DNA of 64,000 nucleotides, from assembly GCA_044222185.1 (NCBI GenBank), contig JBGANV010000006.1:288001-352000 (forward strand), written 5' to 3'. This DNA comes from Planctomycetota bacterium (GTDB taxonomy: Bacteria > Planctomycetota > GCA-002687715 > CAIWVZ01). The stretch's first letter is position 1; each line of letters starts with the position of its first letter. A model generated the notes under the pieces. The model was not told the origin of the DNA, made no database searches, and saw only the letters and a program-made list of their open reading frames with translations. This document shows positions 17,782 to 27,793 of the stretch, piece after piece. The position numbers and the translations under genes are program-made.

Positions 17782-19065
17782 ATGCTGAAGAGAATCTCGA
17801 TCGCGTTCGTCTGTGCGTTCCTCGCAGTCGCGGCGCACGCCCAGACGCCGCCGACCTTGCCCGATCCCATGGCGTGCATCGGGTTCTTCTCCGAGCTGGG
17901 CGATGCACAGGCGATCGGCGGCGGCGCCGGGCCCGAGGACGTGGCGTACAACGCGGTCACGAACCGCGTCTACATCCTCCACGACTTCCCCAACTCGTCA
18001 CCCGACATCCTCCTCGAGTACGAGCTGGATGGAACGCTCGTGGCGGCGTCGCGGCCGCCAGCCGTCATCGGCGGCGGGCTGTGTGCGATGCCGAACGGTC
18101 ACCTCTTGCTCGGCAACGGCCTCTCGATCGTCGAACTCGACACGGCGGGCGTTCCCGTGGCGGGCGGAATCAGCGCGACGCTCGCCGTGCCTACGGGCAT
18201 CGGCTTCGTCGGCATCCAGGACTTGGACTACTACCAGGGCTTCGTCTACTGCCACGACGGCAACAACGGCACCGTGCTGAAGTACGACTCGACGACCAAC
18301 ACGTCGACGGTGATCTTCTCGGACGTCACGCGCCAATCGCAAGCGCTCGCCATTCACCCGGTGACGGGCGACATCTGGATCGCCAAGCCGTTCTTTCAGA
18401 GCGGCTCCCCGTTGTCGAACGGCACGATCCGCGTCTTCAGCCAGACCGGAACGGAACTCTACCTGGGCAACAGCCCGATCGCGCCGCGGCTCCGCCGGGA
18501 CGAGGATCTGCTGTGCAACCCCGCGCCCGGCAACTTCTCCGTCCCGAACGGCTTTGCATTCATGCCCAACGGCGACCTTTGGGTCTCCAACTTCAACTCG
18601 TTCGGATCGCCCACCGCGAACATCGGACGATTCCGTCCCCAGAGCCTCGGGGCAGCGATCCGGCTGACGAATCCCACGTGCATCGGCAGTGCGTCGCTCC
18701 CGGCGGTGCAGATCGTCACGGGTGAGCCGCGGTACGGCGCTGGCTTCACCGCGGGGTTCATCAACGGCACGTCGGGGCTGAGCAGCGCATGGGCCGTCAG
18801 CCTCGGCCGCGATTGCGGCGGAACGATCAGCTTCGGCACCGGCTGCACGTCAGGCGTGGACATCAGCCAGCTGATCCTGCCGGACTTCAACACGGGTCTC
18901 GGCTTCTTCAACGTGGGCCCCAACGGCGACTTCTCGATCTTCGTCGATCTCTCGACGTACGCGGGGCCGGCGTTCGAGGTCTACTCGCAGTGGTTGTTGA
19001 TCGACGCCGGCGTCCCGTCGGGTGCAACGACGACGAACCTCTGGCGCATCAAGTTCGGGCCGTGA
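17782..19065 (+). CDS. Secreted beta-propeller-like protein with C-terminal beta domain
   Basis: GAGGAG RBS; signal peptide ending AHA-Q; repeated blade-like segments (PEDVAYN, IQDLDY, SQALAIHP, PNGFAFMPNG). Confidence 0.8.
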   Translation: MLKRISIAFVCAFLAVAAHAQTPPTLPDPMACIGFFSELGDAQAIGGGAGPEDVAYNAVTNRVYILHDFPNSSPDILLEYELDGTLVAASRPPAVIGGGLCAMPNGHLLLGNGLSIVELDTAGVPVAGGISATLAVPTGIGFVGIQDLDYYQGFVYCHDGNNGTVLKYDSTTNTSTVIFSDVTRQSQALAIHPVTGDIWIAKPFFQSGSPLSNGTIRVFSQTGTELYLGNSPIAPRLRRDEDLLCNPAPGNFSVPNGFAFMPNGDLWVSNFNSFGSPTANIGRFRPQSLGAAIRLTNPTCIGSASLPAVQIVTGEPRYGAGFTAGFINGTSGLSSAWAVSLGRDCGGTISFGTGCTSGVDISQLILPDFNTGLGFFNVGPNGDFSIFVDLSTYAGPAFEVYSQWLLIDAGVPSGATTTNLWRIKFGP

Positions 19066-20192
19066 CCTCGGTCGTGGGCGCGGCCCCCCCCCCCGACAGT
19101 GAGCGCGAGCGCCGCGAGGATCGAGATCGCTGCCGCGGCGCGGCAGACGACGGAGTAGCCGTGCGAGTGGAAGACGGGCGACGCGATCGCATAGCCGAGC
19201 GCGAGCCCGAGCTGCGCCACGACGCCGCGGACCGCCAGGTATCGCGGCAGGTTGTCGCGGGCCACGACACCCGTCAGGTGCAGCTGCAAGGCCGAGCGGC
19301 GGATCGTCTCGACGAACAGGACGACCGCCATGCCGACGGTCGCGAGGACGACCGTCGTCGCGATTTCCGGATAGAGCACGAGCGGCACCGCGAACACCAG
19401 ACTGCTCGCTGCCGCGACGCGGTCCGCCGCACGCGTTCGGAGCAGCATCGAGGCGAGGGGAGTGGCGACCACCGGTGCCAACCCTGCGCCGAGGAACACG
19501 ATCCCGATCTCCGTCATGGGAATGTGACGGACTTCGCTGAGGAACGACGAGAGCAACCCCGCGGGACCGGCGATGGCCGTGCCCGTCAGAGCCGTGGCGA
19601 GCAACGCGTGGAGCGCACGCCCGGTGAAGAACGACGGGCCGCCCGCCACGGGCGGGTCGTCGCGCACGGGCTCGGGACGCCGCGTCGCCAGCGTGATCGC
19701 GAACAGCGCCGCTGCAACCGCGGCGACGCCGACGAACAGCGTCTTCAGGCCGAGTAGCGCCTCGAACCTGGGCCCCAGCGGCACTCCGAGAACCAGCGCG
19801 GCGAGGAATCCCGCCGACTGATGACTCATCGCCCGCGCCCGATGTGTCGATCGCTCCGCCAGTACGGCGAGCGAGCACGAAAGGACGCCCGACGAGGCGC
19901 CGCTCAGCGCCCGGGCGGCCAGTCGAACGCCCAGGCTCGGAGCCAACGCGAACGCCGCCGCGGCGACCCCGAGTCCGAGGATCGCCGCCAGTACGACGTT
20001 GGGGAATGCCGCGGAGCGGACACGCCAGGCGACGACGAAGGGGATCGTGGCCGCTCCGATCGCGTAGGCGGTGAGCAGGTGATCCGCCGAAGCGCCGCCG
20101 CTCGACCCGCGGATCACCGGGAGCAGGATCTGGACGAGTTGACTGTCCAGGACCTGCAGGAACGCGATGAAGAAGTAGAGGAGGGAAGACAT
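18981..20192 (-). CDS. MFS transporter
   Basis: ~12 TMs, ARALSG motif; 3' end runs through a poly-G tract and overlaps the convergent gene. Confidence 0.8.
   Translation of the reverse strand: MSSLLYFFIAFLQVLDSQLVQILLPVIRGSSGGASADHLLTAYAIGAATIPFVVAWRVRSAAFPNVVLAAILGLGVAAAAFALAPSLGVRLAARALSGASSGVLSCSLAVLAERSTHRARAMSHQSAGFLAALVLGVPLGPRFEALLGLKTLFVGVAAVAAALFAITLATRRPEPVRDDPPVAGGPSFFTGRALHALLATALTGTAIAGPAGLLSSFLSEVRHIPMTEIGIVFLGAGLAPVVATPLASMLLRTRAADRVAAASSLVFAVPLVLYPEIATTVVLATVGMAVVLFVETIRRSALQLHLTGVVARDNLPRYLAVRGVVAQLGLALGYAIASPVFHSHGYSVVCRAAAAISILAALALTVGGGGRAHDRGHGPNLMRQRFVVVAPDGTPASINNHCE
19084..19094. repeat. C11/G11 homopolymer at the MFS 3' end
   Basis: gg-CCCCCCCCCCC-g read directly. 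Confidence 0.9.
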
Positions 20193-20223
20193 CGCACCCG
20201 CGCCGGCCCAGGCCGGCGCGGAG

Positions 20224-21231
20224 TCACATCACTTCCCAGATGTCGCCGGCGTAGAGCAGGCTCTTCAGATCCCCGGCTCCCTGCTTCTCACGGGCGGCCT
20301 TGATCTGCGAGTGCACGGCTTCTTCCAGGACGACGGCGTTGACGTTGCGGAAGATGCCGATGGGCGTCGGCATCACGCTCTCCTGGAGCTGCGACATCAT
20401 GAACGCGATCGCGGGGTTGGGATTGGTCGGATCCCAGACGATCGCCGTCTTCTCGTTCTCGGCGGTGATCGGGAACGCCTCGAGCTCGAGCCCGTTCAGG
20501 CGCAGACCCTTCGAAAGGTTCTTGCCGAAGCGGACAGGCTTCCCGGGAACGAGATCGACGAGCATGTCGTCACGGATTTCGCGATCGACGAGATGCTCCC
20601 ACGCGTGGTCGTTGAAGATGTTGCAGTTCTGGAAGACCTCGACGAACGCCGTGCCCTTGTGAGCCGCGGCCGCGTGCAGCACCTCGCTGAGGTGCTTGGG
20701 GAGCACGTCGGCCGAGCGGGCGACGAACGTGGCGTTGGCGCCGAGCGCCAGCGACACCGGGTTGAACGGCCGATCCACCGTGCCCATGGGCGACGACTTG
20801 GTGACCTTGCCGGCTTCGGACGTCGGGCTGTACTGGCCCTTCGTCAGCCCGTAGATCCGGTTGTTGAACATCAGGATCTTGACGTTCGGGTTGCGCCGCA
20901 GGATGTGGATCAGGTGATTGCCGCCGATCGACATGGCGTCACCGTCGCCGGTGACGAGCCACACGTCGAGCTTGGGGTTGGCGAGCTTGACCCCCGTCGC
21001 GATCGCAGGCGCGCGGCCGTGGATTCCGTGGAACCCGTAGACCGACGTGTAGTAGGGGAATCGGCTCGAGCACCCGATGCCGGACACGACGACGGTGTTC
21101 TCGCGCTTCAGTTGAAGGTCGGCGAACACCTGCGTGACCGTGTTGAGGATCGAGTAGTCGCCGCAGCCCGGGCACCACCGGATCTCTTGATCCGACTTGT
21201 AGTCCTTCTTCGTCAGGGTGACCGCATTCAT
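20224..21231 (-). CDS. korB: 2-oxoacid:ferredoxin oxidoreductase beta subunit
   Basis: WCPGCGD, SGIGCSSR, HGR, GDGD TPP motif, YGLTKGQ. Confidence 0.95.
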   Translation of the reverse strand: MNAVTLTKKDYKSDQEIRWCPGCGDYSILNTVTQVFADLQLKRENTVVVSGIGCSSRFPYYTSVYGFHGIHGRAPAIATGVKLANPKLDVWLVTGDGDAMSIGGNHLIHILRRNPNVKILMFNNRIYGLTKGQYSPTSEAGKVTKSSPMGTVDRPFNPVSLALGANATFVARSADVLPKHLSEVLHAAAAHKGTAFVEVFQNCNIFNDHAWEHLVDREIRDDMLVDLVPGKPVRFGKNLSKGLRLNGLELEAFPITAENEKTAIVWDPTNPNPAIAFMMSQLQESVMPTPIGIFRNVNAVVLEEAVHSQIKAAREKQGAGDLKSLLYAGDIWEVM

Positions 21232-21232
21232 C

Positions 21233-23092
21233 TCACGCCTCCTTCAGGCACTTCTCGATGCGGGCGGCGATCTCGGACGTGAGGAACGGCCGGCCCTGGA
21301 CCTTCGTGTACGACTCGACTTCGACTCCGTACCTGGCGGCGATCACCTTGGACAGCTGTCCCATGTTCAGCTCGGGGACCAGCACCTTCTTGAACTTGGA
21401 GATGATGGCGCCGAGGTTGCGCGGCATGGGGTTCACCCAGCGCAGGTGCACCCAGCCGACGGATCCGCCGGCCTGGGCCGTGCGGAGGAGCGGGCCCGCG
21501 ATCATGCCGCGGGTGCCACCCCACGAGATCACGAGCACCTTGCCGGACTGCGCGCCTTCGACGACCGCCTCCGGGATGTCGTTGGCGATGCCTTCGACCT
21601 TCTGCTCGCGCAGGTGGCACATCTTCTCGTGGTTCTGCGGGTCGTAGGAGATGTTGCCCGTGACGTCTTCCTTCTCGATGCCGCCGATGCGGTGCTCGAG
21701 GCCGACCGTCCCTGGGATCGCCCACGGGCGGGCGAGCGTCTTGGGATCGCGCTTGTAAGGCTGGAACGTCGCCGGGTCCTTGTGGAAGGTGACCGGGATC
21801 TTGGGCAGGTCCTCGATCTTGGGCAGGCGCCACGGCTCGGACCCGTTGGCGATGTAGCCGTCGGAGAGGAGCACGACCGGCGTCATGAACTTGACGGCGA
21901 CGCGGCAGGCCTCGATGGTCGCCTCGAAGCAGTCCGCCGGCGAGGCGGCGGCGATCACCGGCATGGGCGAGTCGCTGTTGCGGCCGTAGAGGACTTGCAG
22001 GAGGTCGGCCTGCTCGGTCTTCGTCGGCATGCCCGTGCTCGGGCCACCGCGCTGCACGTCGACGATGACGAGCGGGAGCTCGAGCATCACGGCGAGGTTC
22101 ATGGCCTCCGATTTGAGGGCGATGCCCGGGCCGCTCGTCGTCGTGATCCCGAGGTCACCTGCGTAGGACGCGCCGATCGCCGCGCAGACCGCCGCGATCT
22201 CGTCTTCCGCCTGGAACGTCACGATCCCGTAGTTCTTGTACGTCGAGAGCTGGTGGAGGATGTCGCTCGCCGGCGTGATCGGGTACGAGCCCAGCATGAT
22301 CTGCAGGCCCGAGAGCTTGGACACGGCGACGAAGCCCAACGCCAGGCTCTCGTTGCCCATGATGTTCCGATAGGTGCCGGGCGTCAGCTTGGCGGGTGCG
22401 ACTTCGTAGCGGACCTGGAACAGGTCGACGATCTCGCAGTAGTTGTGTCCCGCCTTCAGCACGCGGATGTTGGCCTCGGCGTACTCAGGCTTCTTCTTGA
22501 ACCGCTGCTCGATCCATTTGATGGTCGGCTCGAGCGGGCGGCTGAAGAGCCAGTAGGTCATCCCGAGCGCGAAGAAGTTCTTGCAGCGCAAGGTCTCCTT
22601 CGGGTCCAGGTTCATTTCCTTCAGCGCTTCGCGGGTGAGCTTGTTCAGGTCGACCTCGACGACGCGCCAGCCCTCGAACTCGTGGCTCTTGAGCGGGTCG
22701 TGGTCGTAATTGGCCTTCTTCAGGTCGCCGGCGGCGAAGTTGCCGGTGTTGACGATGATGATGCCGTTGCGCTTGACGTCCTTGTAGTTGACGCGAAGGG
22801 CCGCGGGGTTCATGGCGACGAGGCAGTCGGGTGCGTCGCCGGGCGAATGGATGTCGCGCGACGAGAACCGGACCTGGAAGCCGGAGACGCCGGGGATCGT
22901 GCCGGCGGGGGCGCGGATCTCGGCGGGGAAGTCGGGGAAGGTGGCGATGTCGTTGCCGATGATCGCGGACGTCTTGGTGAATTCGTTGCCGGTGATCTGC
23001 ATGCCGTCACCGGAGTCACCCGCGAACCGCACCACGATGTCCTCGGTGTGCTCGATCCGAGGTGCGTTGCGGTTCTTTTCTTCGAGATTCAT
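21233..23092 (-). CDS. korA: 2-oxoacid:ferredoxin oxidoreductase alpha subunit
   Basis: AGDSGDG, YPITP, QAEDE, TSGPG, QRGGPSTG; GGAG RBS before ATG 23092. Confidence 0.95.
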   Translation of the reverse strand: MNLEEKNRNAPRIEHTEDIVVRFAGDSGDGMQITGNEFTKTSAIIGNDIATFPDFPAEIRAPAGTIPGVSGFQVRFSSRDIHSPGDAPDCLVAMNPAALRVNYKDVKRNGIIIVNTGNFAAGDLKKANYDHDPLKSHEFEGWRVVEVDLNKLTREALKEMNLDPKETLRCKNFFALGMTYWLFSRPLEPTIKWIEQRFKKKPEYAEANIRVLKAGHNYCEIVDLFQVRYEVAPAKLTPGTYRNIMGNESLALGFVAVSKLSGLQIMLGSYPITPASDILHQLSTYKNYGIVTFQAEDEIAAVCAAIGASYAGDLGITTTSGPGIALKSEAMNLAVMLELPLVIVDVQRGGPSTGMPTKTEQADLLQVLYGRNSDSPMPVIAAASPADCFEATIEACRVAVKFMTPVVLLSDGYIANGSEPWRLPKIEDLPKIPVTFHKDPATFQPYKRDPKTLARPWAIPGTVGLEHRIGGIEKEDVTGNISYDPQNHEKMCHLREQKVEGIANDIPEAVVEGAQSGKVLVISWGGTRGMIAGPLLRTAQAGGSVGWVHLRWVNPMPRNLGAIISKFKKVLVPELNMGQLSKVIAARYGVEVESYTKVQGRPFLTSEIAARIEKCLKEA

Positions 23093-23260
23093 GAACACAC
23101 TCCCATGTTGCTCCCGCGTCGTACCGCGCGGCTTGGCTTGGGCCCGGCAGACGGGCCGGGCATTCTAATCATCTTCCGTCGCGGAAGCTCGCGCGCGCGA
23201 TGCGGCCATCGGCGTAGAACGGCCCGACCCATGTGCCGGAGAACGGAGTAGCCAGTCCGA

Positions 23261-24280
23261 TCATCTGGGACTGATCCGGTCCAGTTCCTCGAGCAGAGCT
23301 TCTCGGGCTCCCGGCGGCGGCGACTTTCCCGTAGTCCAACCCATGCTCTCGACCCGTGACAGCAAGACGTTGCGTTCCCGGTCTGCCTCGGTGTTCAGGG
23401 GGGTTTCTCGGACGGCGGCAACCCAGGCGACGACATCCTCCGTCGGCGGGAGGCCGTTCGCGAGCCAGTTCCTGACCGTGTCCGCCGTCCGGTCGATGTA
23501 GTGGTAGCTGAAGTACGCCTCCGCACGCCCTCGCGACTTGACCACGCTGGTCGCCACGCCGGTGACGAAGATCAACGCGAGAACCGCCGTCGCAATCCGG
23601 AGACCCAGGTCCAGTTTGTCTCGACCGAGGATGATCACGGAACCGCGCTTCGAGATGAGCCAGCCCGCGATGGCACCGCCGATCGCGCCCCCCAGGTGCG
23701 CCGACCCGCTGATCACGGGGACGGCGAGACCCATCAACAGCCAGACGACGAGCCACGTCATGATCTGCTTGCGGTACTCCGCCAGCGGGCCGGTCTTCTC
23801 GTGCCAGTTGATCGCGACCAGTGCGGCTCCGATCCCGCAACCCGCGCCGCTTGCCCCGACGCAGAACGAGGGTTCGCCCGTGACCGCGGCCCAGGCGACG
23901 GTTGCCAGGCTCCCACTGAGGCCCGACGCGAACATCACGAGAAATGCACGGCCACGCGTCGTGAAGGCCTCCAGGGTTCCGCCCAGGGACAGGATCGCAC
24001 TCGAGTTGAGGACGATGTGGAGGAGTCCGGCGTGGAGCAGCACGGGTGTGCACAGACGGTCCCATTCACCGTCGAGCAGGACTGCCTGAGTGGAGAGCGT
24101 GCCGGACGCGTAGAACCCCAGGTTGTTCGGAGCGAGGAAGGTCAGCCCGCCGCTCTGCACGCCGTGACCGACCCACAGCGACCACAGGTAGGCGGCCCAG
24201 CATGCGCCGACGAAGGTCTGCGCTGCGGGAAACGGCCACGCGAAGTCGAATCGCCTGCGACGCTCCAGATCCGTCGGCAT
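23261..24280 (-). CDS. Rhomboid family intramembrane serine protease
   Basis: HAGLLHIVLN, GASG, AHLGG. Confidence 0.9.
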   Translation of the reverse strand: MPTDLERRRRFDFAWPFPAAQTFVGACWAAYLWSLWVGHGVQSGGLTFLAPNNLGFYASGTLSTQAVLLDGEWDRLCTPVLLHAGLLHIVLNSSAILSLGGTLEAFTTRGRAFLVMFASGLSGSLATVAWAAVTGEPSFCVGASGAGCGIGAALVAINWHEKTGPLAEYRKQIMTWLVVWLLMGLAVPVISGSAHLGGAIGGAIAGWLISKRGSVIILGRDKLDLGLRIATAVLALIFVTGVATSVVKSRGRAEAYFSYHYIDRTADTVRNWLANGLPPTEDVVAWVAAVRETPLNTEADRERNVLLSRVESMGWTTGKSPPPGAREALLEELDRISPR

Positions 24281-24393
24281 GCGCGAGGCTAACACGGGCG
24301 GCGTGCGCGTCGGATGGCGCGCGCCGCTCCAATCCCGGGCCTTGACGTGCGACGGCGCGACGCCTAACACCCCAACCAGCGGTCGGGGAAACG

Positions 24394-25188
24394 ATGCGAG
24401 TCTGTGTGCTCGGAAGTGGAAGTCGCGGCAATGCCATCTACGTGGACACGCCCACGGTCCGCCTGGTCGTCGACGCCGGTCTGAATGCCAAGGAGATGCG
24501 CGCCCGGCTCGCCGAGGCCGGCCTGCCCCAGGATCGGCTGGACGCGATCCTCGTCACGCACGAGCATCACGACCACGTTCAATGCGTCTCCCCGGTTGCC
24601 CGAGCCTTCGGGGCGACGGTCTGGTTGACGGAGGCCACGCACGCGGTCGCCCGACACCGACTCAAGGCGACGGACAAGTTCCGCGTGTTCGAGGCGGGCG
24701 CACCCGTGGCGTTCGGCGACCTCGTGGCCGAGCCGGTCCGCAAGCCCCACGACGCTGCCGACCCCGTGGCGTTCCTCTTCCACAACGAGGGCGCGACCCT
24801 CGGGTGTTTCACCGACCTCGGCTCGGTGGACGAGGCCGTCGGGCTCGCGATCGCGAGGTGCGCGGCGTTGGTGATGGAGTCCAATCACGACCCCGCGCTC
24901 CTGGCGGCGGGCCCCTATCCGCAGGCACTGAAGGGGCGCATCGGGTCCGAGTTGGGCCACCTCTCCAACGACCAGAGCGCGAAAGCGATCGCGAAATGGG
25001 CGTCGCCGATGTTGCGAACGCTCGTCCTGGCGCATCTGTCGGAGACGAACAACACGCCGGACCACGTGCGGCGCGCCTACCTCACGCACATGGGGCCGCG
25101 GGCGTCCGTCGACCGTTGGATCTCCTATCAGTCTCGCGCGACTCGCGTTTTCGACGTGGCGCCGCTCGCGGCGGCGCAGGCCGTCTGA
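24394..25188 (+). CDS. MBL-fold metallo-hydrolase (YycJ/WalJ-like)
   Basis: GSGSRGN, THEHHDH, HDA, TDLG, ESNHD, GHLSN, AHLSETNN. Confidence 0.92.
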   Translation: MRVCVLGSGSRGNAIYVDTPTVRLVVDAGLNAKEMRARLAEAGLPQDRLDAILVTHEHHDHVQCVSPVARAFGATVWLTEATHAVARHRLKATDKFRVFEAGAPVAFGDLVAEPVRKPHDAADPVAFLFHNEGATLGCFTDLGSVDEAVGLAIARCAALVMESNHDPALLAAGPYPQALKGRIGSELGHLSNDQSAKAIAKWASPMLRTLVLAHLSETNNTPDHVRRAYLTHMGPRASVDRWISYQSRATRVFDVAPLAAAQAV

Positions 25189-25489
25189 CGCGGAAGCCGC
25201 GTGAGGTCACAGCATCGGACGGGCCAGGATCGACCGTGAACGGCGTTGAATGCCCCGGGGATCGATCCAAGCGGTTGGCGCACCGGACATGCCGCGCTCG
25301 GTCGGTGTCGGGAATCCGAATCCAGGTGCGATCGACGCCGCGCGCGGAAAGCTCGGCCCGTTGCACGCCGGCACGATTGACGACGCGGTTGGCGTACACC
25401 GGGTCGCGTTCGCCGGACCCACGCGTGCGGAAGACCGTGGATCTCAGAAAGAAGGCTGAGACTCCGGGCCGCGCGACGCGCAATCAGCC

Positions 25490-26122
25490 TCAGGACGACT
25501 CGCGCTCGACGTCGTCGTCGACCCAGACCATCCCGGGCTCGCGGCCGGGCACGGTGCGAGGCTTGCCGGCGCGGTAGCGAGGACAGTCCTTCGGCCCGTA
25601 GCAGTGGGTCTCGAACCGCCAGCGCTTCTTCGACGGGTTCCACTTGTCGATCGTGATCTCCGTGACCATGGTCAGCCCGAACGGGCATCGCGCGCAGGCT
25701 TCGGCGCAAGTCCGCGGATCCAGGCGCCGATGTCCGGCGGCGCGGTATTCAGGGAGCGGGGGCGCGATGCCGCCATCGGGATCGGCGGGGCGGTCTTCGC
25801 GGGGGGCGCCGCGGCTCTCGACCACGAGCCCGCTCGCGCGGTAGTAGCCAGCCCACTCCAAGCGCGGGTCCGCAACCGGGCGCGCCTTGCCTCGGACGGC
25901 GTCGCCGATCCGAAAGCGGTGCTTTGCATGCGCGGCGGGCCCGATCGCAACGCGGAACTCGGGCACGGCGGCGCCAGCGATGTCGCCCCGGAGAACGATC
26001 GTGTATCCCTGGTAGTCGTGGGAGACCTCGTCGAACGAGCGCAGCAGGCGGATGCGCCCCTTGACAGCGACGATTTCGCCGCGGAATTCGATCGGCTCGG
26101 TGCTGATGGCTCGTCCCCTCAT
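25490..26122 (-). CDS. Hypothetical Cys-containing protein
   Basis: Typical codon usage from ATG 26122; OB-like beta N-half, C-half with C..CARC..HC..C. Confidence 0.7.
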   Translation of the reverse strand: MRGRAISTEPIEFRGEIVAVKGRIRLLRSFDEVSHDYQGYTIVLRGDIAGAAVPEFRVAIGPAAHAKHRFRIGDAVRGKARPVADPRLEWAGYYRASGLVVESRGAPREDRPADPDGGIAPPLPEYRAAGHRRLDPRTCAEACARCPFGLTMVTEITIDKWNPSKKRWRFETHCYGPKDCPRYRAGKPRTVPGREPGMVWVDDDVERESS

Positions 26123-26536
26123 GGCGGGGAGTCTATCCCAGACTGCCGGTGGCGGGCCACACTCGCCACCGTCGCGCGATCGGCTCCGACCCGCATTCAG
26201 CACGGAGCAGGACTCGCGCTCGCCACACCTCGAACGCTCGACGTGAGACGGCTGCTTCGTTCGCCACGGGACCAGCCACCGGGCCTGACCGCCGCCGAAA
26301 CGACGGTCGAGCGCGATGGTCGCGTCCGGAAGATCGGCCCGGTCCACGAGAATTCCCGTGACGAGGACGCGACCTCGCGCGGTTCCCGCGACGTCCTCGG
26401 TTCTCGACGGCTCCCGATCGAGGGACATGGCCACACCAGGTTGGAACTCACGACTCGCCTCACGTCGCGGAGGTCCGGCGGCCGCCCCGCCCTGAACCAT
26501 GCCTGCCGGGACGAAGGCCCGAAGTCCGCGTCGACG

Positions 26537-26854
26537 TCACGACGTCGGGCGTGGCCCGCGCGCAGGTGGTCTCTGCGGGCCCGACCCCCGCTGCACGGTG
26601 AGCCACTCCTCCGGGTAGGGCTCATACGCCAACGGCTCGTCGGTCGTGTACTCCTCCCGCTCGAGCAATCGGTTGTAGATGGTCATGGCTTCGAAGTGGC
26701 TGCCTGCTTCGAACGTCGTCACGAGACGCGCACCCGGCTCGACGGCCAGGAGCTTCCGGAAGCCGTCTCCCATGGGTCCCGCCAAGCAACAGCCAGGCAG
26801 CTCGCGCCCGTTCTCGTCGACGTGCACCCAAACCTCGTGCGTCAGCTTCGCCAC
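26537..26854 (-). CDS. Hypothetical protein
   Basis: GAGG RBS, GTG start, globular composition (HEVW...CCLAGPMGD...FEAGSHFEAM). Confidence 0.7.
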   Translation of the reverse strand: MAKLTHEVWVHVDENGRELPGCCLAGPMGDGFRKLLAVEPGARLVTTFEAGSHFEAMTIYNRLLEREEYTTDEPLAYEPYPEEWLTVQRGSGPQRPPARGPRPTS

Positions 26855-26927
26855 GGAGCCAGCCTCGTCTGCCTGCGGTTTCGGCCACTGCGAGGTCCTC
26901 GGAACCCCGCTTCGCCGCGAACTCTAC

Positions 26928-26977
26928 GGTGAACCCGGCCGGATTCGAACTCACGACGTGGGGTTCAGGAAACCCCA
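26928..26977 (-). pseudogene. 3' fragment of a tRNA (Arg-CCT-like), chimeric; candidate att site
   Basis: Minus strand GGGGT-TTCCTGA-ACCCC anticodon arm, ACGTC, GTGAG-TTCGAAT-CCGGC non-pairing T arm, CGGGTTCACC; no D arm or 5' acceptor strand. Confidence 0.7.
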
Positions 26978-27237
26978 CCCCGCGCGGAGGCGGTCGGTCA
27001 GGAGCGGCCGTCGACCACTTCCACCCGTCGCGCCCGCGCGCTCCTGTCCGCTTACGGCTGCGTCCGACCGGGCGCTTGACATGCAAACGAGGGAAAACCC
27101 ATCCATCCTTCGCGGCAAATCGCGCCGGTAACGGTCGCGAGTCGGACCCGCGACGCGACTCGGTCGCCCCGCCGAACTGTGCGCTTGACCAGGGCTTCAT
27201 TCCTATTCCTCGCGGGCACGCGACGTATCCTGTGGCC

Positions 27238-27477
27238 ATGTCAGGTCTGCGAGCCCGCGTCAAGAACGGACGCCTCATCCTGGACGTCCCAACGGATCTC
27301 CCAGAGGACACCGTAATCGATCTCGTCGTCGACGATGACGAAGACGATGACCCCGCGCCGGACGAGATTGCAGCGCGCGACGAATCGCTTCGGATCGGCC
27401 TCGCGGAGGCGCGAGCTGGGAACCACCGTCCAGTCGAAGAACTTCTGGACGTCCTACGGCGTCGACGCCGCGAATGA
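27238..27477 (+). CDS. Putative type II antitoxin
   Basis: RARVKNGRLILD..DLPED, acidic centre, GLAEARAG...VEELL; ATGA overlap with a ParE/RelE-like gene. Confidence 0.75.
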   Translation: MSGLRARVKNGRLILDVPTDLPEDTVIDLVVDDDEDDDPAPDEIAARDESLRIGLAEARAGNHRPVEELLDVLRRRRRE

Positions 27478-27793
27478 ACATTCGCGCCACGCCCCATGCC
27501 GTGCGCGAAGTCACAGAGATCGACGCATGGTGGCGAACACACAGAACCGCTGCGCCGGATCTCTTCGCGGACGAGTTCGCCCACGCACTTTCCTGATCTC
27601 GAGCCTCCCCACGGTAGGTCGCCCGGTTCGTCGTCCTGGCGCGCGCGGGATTCGTTCAGCATTGCTGCGTTCGACTCGGTACAGGGTCTACTACCTCGTC
27701 GGCGCGGAATCGGTCGTGAGCATCTCGGTTTGGAGCGCTGTTCGCGGGGCTGGTCCTGATCTTTGCTCTTTGCTGAAGTCGTCCCCGCCCTGA
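27474..27793 (+). pseudogene. ParE/RelE-family toxin, frameshifted
   Basis: MNIRATPHAVREVTEIDAWWR...DLFADEF stops at TGA 27594-96; continuation PTVGRP...TRYRVYY...VWSAVRGAGP lies in another frame. Confidence 0.8.

Noticed and set aside
21218-23251. 677-aa plus-strand ORF
   Set aside because: Antisense shadow of korA
25189-25489. Short ORFs on both strands after the MBL gene
   Set aside because: No RBS, motif or convincing codon bias
26928-27025. Functional tRNA-Arg gene
   Set aside because: No D arm or 5' acceptor strand and the T stem cannot pair; kept only as a fragment
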